Assembly (NCBI GenBank): GCA_030838305.1
Contig: JAUTWY010000455.1
Span: 1-36,044, forward strand
Length of the DNA stretch: 36,044 nt
Origin: Acidobacteriaceae bacterium
Lineage (GTDB): Bacteria > Acidobacteriota > Terriglobia > Terriglobales > Acidobacteriaceae
Reading direction: 5' to 3'
Positions 27,489 to 34,294 of this stretch are shown one piece after another. The position numbers were made by a program, and so were the translations under genes. Below the pieces are notes generated by a model. The model made no database searches. It saw only the letters and a list, made by a program, of their open reading frames with translations, and was not told where the DNA came from. Positions within the stretch are counted from its first letter, which is position 1, and each line of letters opens with the position of its first letter.

Positions 27489-28180
27489 GGGCGTATTCCT
27501 CGTGCCGTATTCGGTGTGGGATGAAACAGCGCGGCAGAAATAAAATCCAGGACCGCGGCCCGCCGCTCGGCGATTCGCTCCGGCGCCAGAGGATTGAAGC
27601 GCACGATCCGCTGCATCACGGGAGCGCTGCTGAAATAGAAGACGATCATCGCTACCATGGAAGGAACGAAGTGCGCCGGATCCACTTTACGGAATTCGCC
27701 TTCCACGATTCCCTGCTGCAGCAACTCGCCAACCCTCCGGTAGATTGGCTGAAAGTAAGTCTTCACCAGCCGGTCAATGTGCTCTGAATGGCCTTCGCGC
27801 GCGCGCATCATTTCGCGCTGCATCAGCTTGGGATAAATTTGATTTGAAGCGATGAAATCGAAATACGCACCCACGTAGGCCATGATCTTCTTGCGTGGAG
27901 GTAAGTCGCTGTCGAGCACCTGAAAGACTTTTGTCTTCATCCCGGAAAACGCGTTATCAAGGACCGCGCCGTAGAGCGTCTCTTTGTTTTTGAAGTAGTA
28001 ATAGAGCAGCGCCTTGTTGACTCGCGCCTCGCGGGCAATGGCGTCGGTGCGCGCTCCGGCGATGCCGTGCTCGGAAAACTCTTTGGCTGCGGCCTGAAGT
28101 ATGGCGGCACGGCTCTCCTCGGGCTGGCCGCGGGAACCCATGCGGGGAGCGGGCTGTCGAGGACGAAAGAGTCGGGCCAT
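27485..28180 (-). CDS. TetR/AcrR-family transcriptional regulator
   Basis: HTH region SRAAILQAAAKEFSEHGIAGARTDAIAREARVNKALLYYYFKNKETLY. ATGA overlap with the adaptor gene, so it is the first gene of the operon. Confidence 0.9.
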   Translation of the reverse strand: MARLFRPRQPAPRMGSRGQPEESRAAILQAAAKEFSEHGIAGARTDAIAREARVNKALLYYYFKNKETLYGAVLDNAFSGMKTKVFQVLDSDLPPRKKIMAYVGAYFDFIASNQIYPKLMQREMMRAREGHSEHIDRLVKTYFQPIYRRVGELLQQGIVEGEFRKVDPAHFVPSMVAMIVFYFSSAPVMQRIVRFNPLAPERIAERRAAVLDFISAALFHPTPNTARGIRP

Positions 28181-28188
28181 GACTTAAT

Positions 28189-28198
28189 TAACCGGTTA
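28189..28198. promoter_or_regulatory. Perfect 10-bp palindrome, candidate TetR operator
   Basis: TAACCGGTTA lies 9 nt upstream of the tetR start, embedded in TTAATTAACCGGTTAGTTAG. A second imperfect inverted repeat CACGAAGG/CTTTCGTG lies at 28211-28230. Confidence 0.3.
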
Positions 28199-28396
28199 GT
28201 TAGACTGTAGCACGAAGGCACCCTTTCGTGACGAACTTTTACCAAACCACTACACATCTATGCATCGATTTTATGGCTTTCCGCGCTATACTCGCATCGT
28301 CGCTGATCTTGCGCCGTGCATCTCAAGTTCTGGCCCACGCTCGCAGGTCCTCTCCGATGCAGGTTTTGACGGGGAAGTGCCAGCCTGGAGGGTTTT

Positions 28397-29581
28397 ATGC
28401 GCTTGGCCTCTTCGTCCCCTCGTCGAGCACGCAGCATCCCCGTAAGATTGATCGTCGCTACCGCAGCTATGCTCGCCACAGGTTGCGGTGGGAACTCATC
28501 GATGAAGACCACGCTTTCCCCCCAAGCGGAGTGCGTGCAGTCGCCCCAGCCAGCCTTTGCTTACGTATTAAACCAAGGAAGCTTTGATTGGGGCAACGGC
28601 ACCATCTCCTCCTACACCGTTAATTCCTGCACTGGGAGCCTGACGCCGACGACGCCTGCTACGATCGCCACGGGAAGCAGCCCCGAAGACATGGCTGTCG
28701 ATCCTTTGGGAAGGTTCGTCTATGTGGCGAATCTTGTTTCAAATGCGGTCGATAATGCCACAATCTCGATGTACACCATCAATTCCCGTACCGGTGTCTT
28801 GACTCCGACGACACCAGCGACGGTCCCCACCGGATTTTTCCCCCAGGGAATTGGAATCGATCCTTCCGGCAAATTCGTCTACACGGCAAACAGCGACGAC
28901 AATACGGTTTCGATGTTTACTATCGATTCCACAACTGGGGTCCTGACGCCCACAAGGCCGCCTGCGGCTCCAGCGGGAATGGACCCCGGGTCCGTAACCG
29001 TCGATCCATCCGGGAGGTTCGCATACGTTGCGAATCAAGGGGATAGTACCGTGTCGATGTACACCATCGACCAAACCACTGGTGTGTTAACTCCGACGGC
29101 GCCCCCGACAACGCCAGCCGGAGGTGGACCGTTCGGTGTCACCATTGCCCCGTCTGGCAATTTCGCCTACGTGCCCAATGCATATGGGAACAACAATGTT
29201 TCGGAATACAACATCGACTCCAGCACAGGAGTATTGACGGCCACTGCGGAAGGGGCCGCGCCGGCAGGCAACTCCCCGACTTGTGTAGCGGTCAATCCGT
29301 CAGGCAAGTTTGCCTACGTAGTCAATCGACAAGACAATACGGTTTCGGCGTACACGATTAGCTCCAGCAGCGGAAATTTAAGTCACATCGGGACCATCGC
29401 AACCGGAGCGCAACCCTGGCGCGTTTCGGCCGATCCTTCCGGCAAGTTTGTTTACGTGGCTAATGAGAGCGGCAGCATTTCCATATTTGCTCTGAATAGC
29501 GACGGTACGTTGAGTTCCGCGGGAACGGTGGAAACGCCAAGCGGGGCCTTCGCGATAACCGTGGTTCAAGCCAGGCAATAG
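28397..29581 (+). CDS. Lipoprotein, seven-bladed beta-propeller of the lactonase/YncE-like type
   Basis: GGAGGG Shine-Dalgarno. Lipobox LATG|C. Seven roughly 48-aa repeats of the form F(V/A)YVAN..(D)NTVS.YTID..TGVLTPT.P...P.G..P..V.VDPSGK. Confidence 0.8.
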   Translation: MRLASSSPRRARSIPVRLIVATAAMLATGCGGNSSMKTTLSPQAECVQSPQPAFAYVLNQGSFDWGNGTISSYTVNSCTGSLTPTTPATIATGSSPEDMAVDPLGRFVYVANLVSNAVDNATISMYTINSRTGVLTPTTPATVPTGFFPQGIGIDPSGKFVYTANSDDNTVSMFTIDSTTGVLTPTRPPAAPAGMDPGSVTVDPSGRFAYVANQGDSTVSMYTIDQTTGVLTPTAPPTTPAGGGPFGVTIAPSGNFAYVPNAYGNNNVSEYNIDSSTGVLTATAEGAAPAGNSPTCVAVNPSGKFAYVVNRQDNTVSAYTISSSSGNLSHIGTIATGAQPWRVSADPSGKFVYVANESGSISIFALNSDGTLSSAGTVETPSGAFAITVVQARQ

Positions 29582-29699
29582 TTCGAATGTGCGGGTAGAA
29601 AGTTGCAGGTCGTCAGAACGCCGCGTTTGGAGACGTACCGCACAACGGACACGCGACGGGAGCGTCAGCCTGCGAGCGGGTTGGGCAAACGAACTGGAA

Positions 29700-29981
29700 T
29701 TAGCTTGCCCCGCCCGCAATCGACGGCACCAGCAGCACCTCATCTCCATCCTGGAAGGCATAGCCAGGCCCGCCCAGAAAGCGGATGTCTTCCTCATTCA
29801 CATAAATGTTGAGAAAGCGGCGCACCTGTCCAGCTTCATCGCGGAGATGAGGTTTCAGCTCCGGAAATTTCTCATCAAGGACGGAGAACAGTTCTCCCAG
29901 ATTCGTGGCCGCGCACGCGATCGAGCCCACGCCCGCTGTGTGCCGACGCAAGGCCGTCGGAATTTGAACCGTGATCGGCAT
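29700..29981 (-). CDS. MoaD/ThiS/CysO-family ubiquitin-like sulfur-carrier protein (C-terminus ...AGG-AS)
   Basis: 93 aa with strong AAGGAGGGG Shine-Dalgarno in the 11-nt gap after the upstream gene. Sequence ...FLNIYVNEEDIRFLGGPGYAFQDGDEVLLVPSIAGGAS matches the beta-grasp carrier pattern, with the diglycine two residues before the stop. Confidence 0.8.
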   Translation of the reverse strand: MPITVQIPTALRRHTAGVGSIACAATNLGELFSVLDEKFPELKPHLRDEAGQVRRFLNIYVNEEDIRFLGGPGYAFQDGDEVLLVPSIAGGAS

Positions 29982-29992
29982 CTTTCCCCTCC

Positions 29993-31321
29993 TTATGCGC
30001 CCACCGTAGCCGCCTCTTTTGCGACCTCGGTGTTATCCAGAGTTTCGTTCAGGTATTTCTCGAATTCAGCCAGCTTAGGCGCGATCGGCCTCTCGATCTC
30101 GTACACACCCGCCAAGACATCGGTCGTCTTCAAGCCGTTTCCGGTGATGCACAACACGGTTGTTTCCTCAGGCAGAATGCGGTCCTGGCGATAGAGCTTC
30201 CGGGCCGTTCCTACGGTTACGCCGCCAGCCGTTTCGGTGAAGATGCCTTCGGTTTCGGCCAGCAGTCGAATCGAATCGATCACCTCGGGATCACTCACGT
30301 CCTCGCTCCATCCGCCGCTATGCTTGATTGTCTGAATGGCATAATGGCCGTCAGCGGGATTGCCGATCGCGAGCGAACGAGCAATGGTCGCTGGCTTTTG
30401 CGGTTCGATCTCCGCACTGCCTGTCTTTACCGCCGTCGAAATCGGAGAGCATCCAGTCGCCTGCGCTCCAAAAAACTTCACCGGCTTCTCCTCAACCAAG
30501 CCCAGCTTTGCAAGTTCGTCGAACGCCTTCTTGATTTTTGTGATCAACGACCCGCCTGCCATGGGAACGACCACGTTGTCCGGCAGGCGCCAACCCAGTT
30601 GCTCGGCAATTTCGAACCCGACGGTCTTCGATCCTTCAGCGTAGTAAGGCCGCAAGTTGACGTTGACGAAACCCCAGCGCCGCTCTTCGGCAATCTGCGA
30701 GCACAGCCGATTGACCTGGTCGTAATTTCCCGCGATGCGCACCACATTCGCGCCGAAGACCTGTGTGCCAAGAATCTTCGCGGGTTCCAGATCGGACGGG
30801 ATGAATATCCAGGCTTTGAGTCCGAGCCGGGCCGCATGCGCCGCAACGGCGTTAGCCAAATTGCCCGTAGAAGAACACGCCACCGTATCAAAGCCGAACT
30901 CTTGAGCCTGTGCCAGCGCAACCGCCACTACACGATCCTTAAAGCTCAAAGTCGGAAGGCACACGGCGTCGTTTTTCAGATAAAGATTCCGCGCGGCAGT
31001 CTTCGAATCGTTGGTGGCTCCGACCAGTCGCTCCGCGAGATGCGGGGTCTGGAACAGGGGCGTGAACCCAACCGGCAACCGCGGCTCATAGCCCGCGGGC
31101 AGCGGCAGCAATTCCGAATAGCGCCACATGTTTGGGGATCGTTGCGCAATGCGCTCGCGGCTGGCCTTCGGCTGATCAACGGAGCCTTGGGCCAGAGCAC
31201 CCTTTACGGCGTCATAGTCGTAGGTTATTTCCAGAGGAGAGAAACAGTCATCGCAAATCGAGCGAGGCTGGTTGCCCCAACTTCGTCCGCATTCCCGGCA
31301 GCGCAATTCATAGTGAGCCAT
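29993..31321 (-). CDS. Threonine-synthase-like PLP enzyme with N-terminal zinc ribbon (candidate homocysteine synthase, MetM-type)
   Basis: 442 aa. CRECG...CDDC zinc ribbon. PLP-lysine motif PTLSFKDR. ACSSTGN and a Gly-rich PLP phosphate loop. Under SAM-I riboswitch control and coupled to the sulfur-carrier gene. Confidence 0.88.
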   Translation of the reverse strand: MAHYELRCRECGRSWGNQPRSICDDCFSPLEITYDYDAVKGALAQGSVDQPKASRERIAQRSPNMWRYSELLPLPAGYEPRLPVGFTPLFQTPHLAERLVGATNDSKTAARNLYLKNDAVCLPTLSFKDRVVAVALAQAQEFGFDTVACSSTGNLANAVAAHAARLGLKAWIFIPSDLEPAKILGTQVFGANVVRIAGNYDQVNRLCSQIAEERRWGFVNVNLRPYYAEGSKTVGFEIAEQLGWRLPDNVVVPMAGGSLITKIKKAFDELAKLGLVEEKPVKFFGAQATGCSPISTAVKTGSAEIEPQKPATIARSLAIGNPADGHYAIQTIKHSGGWSEDVSDPEVIDSIRLLAETEGIFTETAGGVTVGTARKLYRQDRILPEETTVLCITGNGLKTTDVLAGVYEIERPIAPKLAEFEKYLNETLDNTEVAKEAATVGA

Positions 31322-31391
31322 ATGCTACTCGCTTTCCTGTCTTGCTCTACAGCAGCGAATAGCTGGGGACGAGCCGGGAAAAAGCGCCCTA

Positions 31392-31431
31392 AAATACGAA
31401 GGCCTCTTTCCAGGAAAAAGGAAAAGAGGTC
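31392..31431 (-). terminator. Candidate riboswitch expression-platform terminator
   Basis: Minus-strand RNA CCUCUUUUCC-UUUUUCCU-GGAAAGAGG, followed by CCUUCGUAUUUU. One bulged U and an imperfect U-tract. By eye only. Confidence 0.45.
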
Positions 31432-31463
31432 GGAATGCAAATAAACTTAAGCTTCGCATCCGA

Positions 31464-31577
31464 ATCTCATGTTCCCCGTTTCCGGGCGGGAGTTGGCACC
31501 TGGCGGTCGGGATATATGATCCCGATCCGGTTGCCGTGGCGTCACAGGGCTCGTCCCTCAGCCACTCTGCATGAAAT
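31464..31577 (-). promoter_or_regulatory. SAM-I (S-box) riboswitch aptamer
   Basis: Minus-strand read AUUUCAUGCAGAGUGGCUGAGGGACGAGCCCUGUGACGCCACGGCAACCGGAUCGGGAUCAUAUAUCCCGACCGCCAGGUGCCAACUCCCGCCCGGAAACGGGGAACAUGAGAU. It carries the conserved AGAG.GGC.GAGGGA, GCCC..UGA (kink-turn), GGCAACC, GGUGCCAA.UCC and a GAAA-capped P4. P1 (UUUCAUG/CAUGAGA), P2 (GUGGC/GCCAC) and P3 (CGGGAU/AUCCCG) all pair. Confidence 0.85.
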
Positions 31578-31611
31578 TCCAAGCCTGCCCCGAAGGGCAA
31601 ACTTGTCCTTA

Positions 31612-31640
31612 ATCCTACAACGTCAATTAAGATTCGTCAA
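31612..31640 (-). promoter_or_regulatory. Putative sigma70-type promoter driving the riboswitch transcript
   Basis: On the minus strand: TTGACG (31640-31635), 17-nt spacer, TAGGAT (31617-31612), about 35 nt upstream of the aptamer. A GCCC-UUCG-GGGC hairpin lies between the promoter and the aptamer. Confidence 0.4.
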
Positions 31641-31670
31641 CAAGATCGTTGACCACAAGATCGTTGACCG
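31641..31670. repeat. Perfect 15-bp tandem duplication within an array of TTGAC/GTCAA half-sites
   Basis: CAAGATCGTTGACCA / CAAGATCGTTGACCG. Flanking GTCAA at 31622 and 31636, TTGAC at 31649, 31664 and 31673. Confidence 0.8.
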
Positions 31671-31756
31671 GCTTGACCGGCCGAACCGGCCATGCAGTCC
31701 CGAGAAATTTGTTCTCAGTGCTGGCGACCGGTACACTCTTGATTCGCGAGGTGATC

Positions 31757-33760
31757 ATGGGGAAGTTGAGAAAGTCTTTTTTTCTTCGGGTAGGTGATGC
31801 TTGTGTAACCCTTTTATATGTCCTCGTGGTCCTGCTCCCGTTTGTCGTAACTTCGGTCAAGCAATGCGCGGCTCAGACCGCTGCAACCGTCTCCACTGAT
31901 TTGGCGAACGAGTCTCCCGCCCACTTCACCACGGTCACCGACGCCTTCGACTACGTCAAGCGCGACGTCATGATCCCCATGCGCGATGGCGTAAAGCTGC
32001 ATACAGTGATCGTCCTGCCGAAAGGTGCGAGCCATGCGCCGATCCTGCTCACGCGCACGCCTTATGATGCAAACGCCCAAATCAGCCACGCCCAGAGCGC
32101 TCACCTCGGCCCCATCCTGAGCGGTTACGACAATGCGGCCGAAGTGATCGTCGAAGGGGGCTACATTCGCGTTGTGCAGGACGTTCGCGGCAAGTACGGT
32201 TCCGAAGGCGACTACGTGATGACCCGTCCCCTGCACGGGCCGCTGAATCCCACGCCGGTTGATCACGCCACCGACACCTACGACACCATCGACTGGCTGG
32301 TAAAAAATGTTCCCGAGACCAACGGCAAAGTCGGGGTCTTGGGAATTTCTTACGATGGATTCACCACGCTGATGGCGCTGGTCAATCCGCATCCCGCATT
32401 GAAAGTCGCAGTTCCAATGAATCCCATGGTGGATGGCTGGATGGGCGACGACTGGTTTCACAACGGCGCTTTCCGCCAACAGAATCTGCCGTACATCCAG
32501 GTGCAAGAGGCCACCCGCGCGTCGGACGAGAAATGGTGGACAAATCATTTTGACGACTACGACGTTTACATGGAAGCAGTATCCGCGGGTGAACTCGGCC
32601 GCCGTCACGGACTCGAGCAGGTTGGGTTCTGGCGGAAGTTGCTAGAGCATCCCAGTTACGACAAGTGGTGGCAAGAGCAAGCAATGGACCGGATTCTCTC
32701 GGCGCAGTCCTTAAAAGTTCCAACCATGTTGGTGGACAGCCTGTGGGATCAGGAAGATATCTACGGCGCTCCTGCGCTCTATAAGGCTCTCCAAGCCAAA
32801 GACCCGAACAGCGATAAGTTATTTCTGGTGCTGGGACCATGGCATCACGGTCAGGAAATTGGTGATGGCAGCTCGCTCGGCGCACTGAAGTTCAACAGCG
32901 ATACGGGACTCTATTTCCGCCAACAGATTCTCCGGCCATTCCTCGATCAATATCTGAAGGATGGCGCGCCCAAAGCTGACGTCGCACCCGTCAGCGCGTT
33001 TGAAACCGGAACGAACACATGGCGGCGCCTACCCACATGGCCGGCCGGTTGCGAAAAGGGCTGCTCAGTCAAACCAACGCCTCTCTATCTCAATGCCGCT
33101 CAAAAGCTCAGCCTGGCCGAGCCTAAGGCAGGCGACGCCCCCTTTGACGAATACGTCTCTGATCCTGCAAAGCCCGTGCCATTCCGCCGACGTCCCATTC
33201 AACCTGTCGGCTATGACAATGGCTTAACCTGGCCTGAGTGGCTTGTCGACGACCAGCGCGAATCCTCCGGCCGGCCCGATGTTGCGGTGTTTACCTCCGA
33301 CGTTCTTACCGCGCCCATGAAGATCAGCGGGCAACCGGTCGCCAACCTGGTCGCTTCCACCAGCGGCACCGATTCCGATTGGGTGGTTAAGTTGATCGAC
33401 GTCTTTCCCGACGAAGTCGCCGGCCAAGCTGCGATGGGTGGATACCAACTGATGGTCTCCGCGGACATCTTCCGCGGCCGCTATCGCGAGAGTCTGGAAA
33501 CGGCGAAAGCCATTGCCTCCGGTCAACCCTTGCCTTACCATTTCAATCTTCCCACTGCAAACCATGTTTTCCTGCCCGGCCATCGCATCATGGTGCAGGT
33601 TCAATCCAGCTGGTTTCCGCTCTATGATCGCAATCCCCAGACTTTCGTGAACAATATCTTCTGGGCTAAGCCGGGCGATTATCGGAAGGCGACCCAGCAT
33701 GTGTATCATTCGCCCCGCCAGGCCAGCTTCATCGACCTTCCCTTGGTGGTAACGCCGTGA
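31757..33760 (+). CDS. CocE/NonD-family serine hydrolase (S15 X-Pro dipeptidyl-peptidase / amino-acid-ester hydrolase-like), secreted
   Basis: Start moved to ATG 31757 (GAGG 5 nt upstream). Signal/TM LLYVLVVLLPFVV. TRTPYD, nucleophile GISYDGF, and the C-terminal beta-sandwich signature QVQSSWFPLYDRNPQTF. Confidence 0.85.
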   Translation: MGKLRKSFFLRVGDACVTLLYVLVVLLPFVVTSVKQCAAQTAATVSTDLANESPAHFTTVTDAFDYVKRDVMIPMRDGVKLHTVIVLPKGASHAPILLTRTPYDANAQISHAQSAHLGPILSGYDNAAEVIVEGGYIRVVQDVRGKYGSEGDYVMTRPLHGPLNPTPVDHATDTYDTIDWLVKNVPETNGKVGVLGISYDGFTTLMALVNPHPALKVAVPMNPMVDGWMGDDWFHNGAFRQQNLPYIQVQEATRASDEKWWTNHFDDYDVYMEAVSAGELGRRHGLEQVGFWRKLLEHPSYDKWWQEQAMDRILSAQSLKVPTMLVDSLWDQEDIYGAPALYKALQAKDPNSDKLFLVLGPWHHGQEIGDGSSLGALKFNSDTGLYFRQQILRPFLDQYLKDGAPKADVAPVSAFETGTNTWRRLPTWPAGCEKGCSVKPTPLYLNAAQKLSLAEPKAGDAPFDEYVSDPAKPVPFRRRPIQPVGYDNGLTWPEWLVDDQRESSGRPDVAVFTSDVLTAPMKISGQPVANLVASTSGTDSDWVVKLIDVFPDEVAGQAAMGGYQLMVSADIFRGRYRESLETAKAIASGQPLPYHFNLPTANHVFLPGHRIMVQVQSSWFPLYDRNPQTFVNNIFWAKPGDYRKATQHVYHSPRQASFIDLPLVVTP

Positions 33761-34177
33761 GAGTTCCCTACTCGCGACGCTCGCGGAGTCCCATCTCGCA
33801 GTGCCTTCCCCGGGGAAGTCGTTTTCAACCTCCGGGCCATCACCAGCGCCAGCGAGTGCTAAAAAATGCGAGGCGAGTCCGGGAAAAGCCTCCAGTATCT
33901 TTCGCATTTCGTGCGCGCCGATTTCGTCGACTTCCGCCTCTTCTTCCCTTACGACGACAGCCGCTGTGGCTTTACACGGTTCGAGAAAACCGATCTCGCC
34001 ACAGACGTCGTCCACCCCGAGCCTGGCTACAATCGCCCTCGAACCCGTCCCAGCCCGTTCCACAGTAGTTTCCCCTCTGCGGATGATATTGATGTTGCTC
34101 CCCCACTCACCTTCCCGAATAATCTCTTCTCCCAGCGTGAAGATGCGCCGCGTGCCCTGGCTCGAATCAAGACCCAA
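33224..34177 (-). CDS. Cyclic-nucleotide-binding-domain ORF, possibly decayed or frameshifted
   Basis: Residues about 10-115 fit a cNMP-binding beta-barrel plus C-helix (IFTLGEEIIREGEWGSNINIIRRGETTVE...RLGVDDVCGEIGFLEPCKATAAVVVREEEAEVDEI). The only start is TTG directly after an in-frame TGA. From codon 140 on the ORF is antisense to the 31757-33760 gene. Confidence 0.45.
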   Translation of the reverse strand: MGLDSSQGTRRIFTLGEEIIREGEWGSNINIIRRGETTVERAGTGSRAIVARLGVDDVCGEIGFLEPCKATAAVVVREEEAEVDEIGAHEMRKILEAFPGLASHFLALAGAGDGPEVENDFPGEGTARWDSASVASRELSRRYHQGKVDEAGLAGRMIHMLGRLPIIARLSPEDIVHESLGIAIIERKPAGLNLHHDAMAGQENMVCSGKIEMVRQGLTGGNGFRRFQTLAIAAAEDVRGDHQLVSTHRSLAGDFVGKDVDQLNHPIGIGAAGGSDQVGDRLPADLHGRGKNVGGKHRNIGPAGGFALVVDKPLRPG

Positions 34178-34294
34178 TCATTCGGAAGCAGATATTGACG
34201 GTTGCCAGGCATGGCTGGAACATCGGCAAGAATCACTGCGGCCTGTAGTCACTTTGGCTGAGGCTGGAGTTGGTGAAACCGAGACGGCAATCCT

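Noticed and set aside
30320-31444. 374-aa ORF on the plus strand
   Set aside because: It is antisense to the thrC-like gene and runs through the riboswitch expression platform. The translation is Arg-rich and low in complexity with no domain signature.
31325-31797. Small ORFs (91 aa minus strand, 120 aa plus strand) covering the 31322-31756 intergenic region
   Set aside because: The region is better explained as promoter, SAM-I aptamer and terminator. The ORF translations are Arg/Pro-rich with no start-site support.
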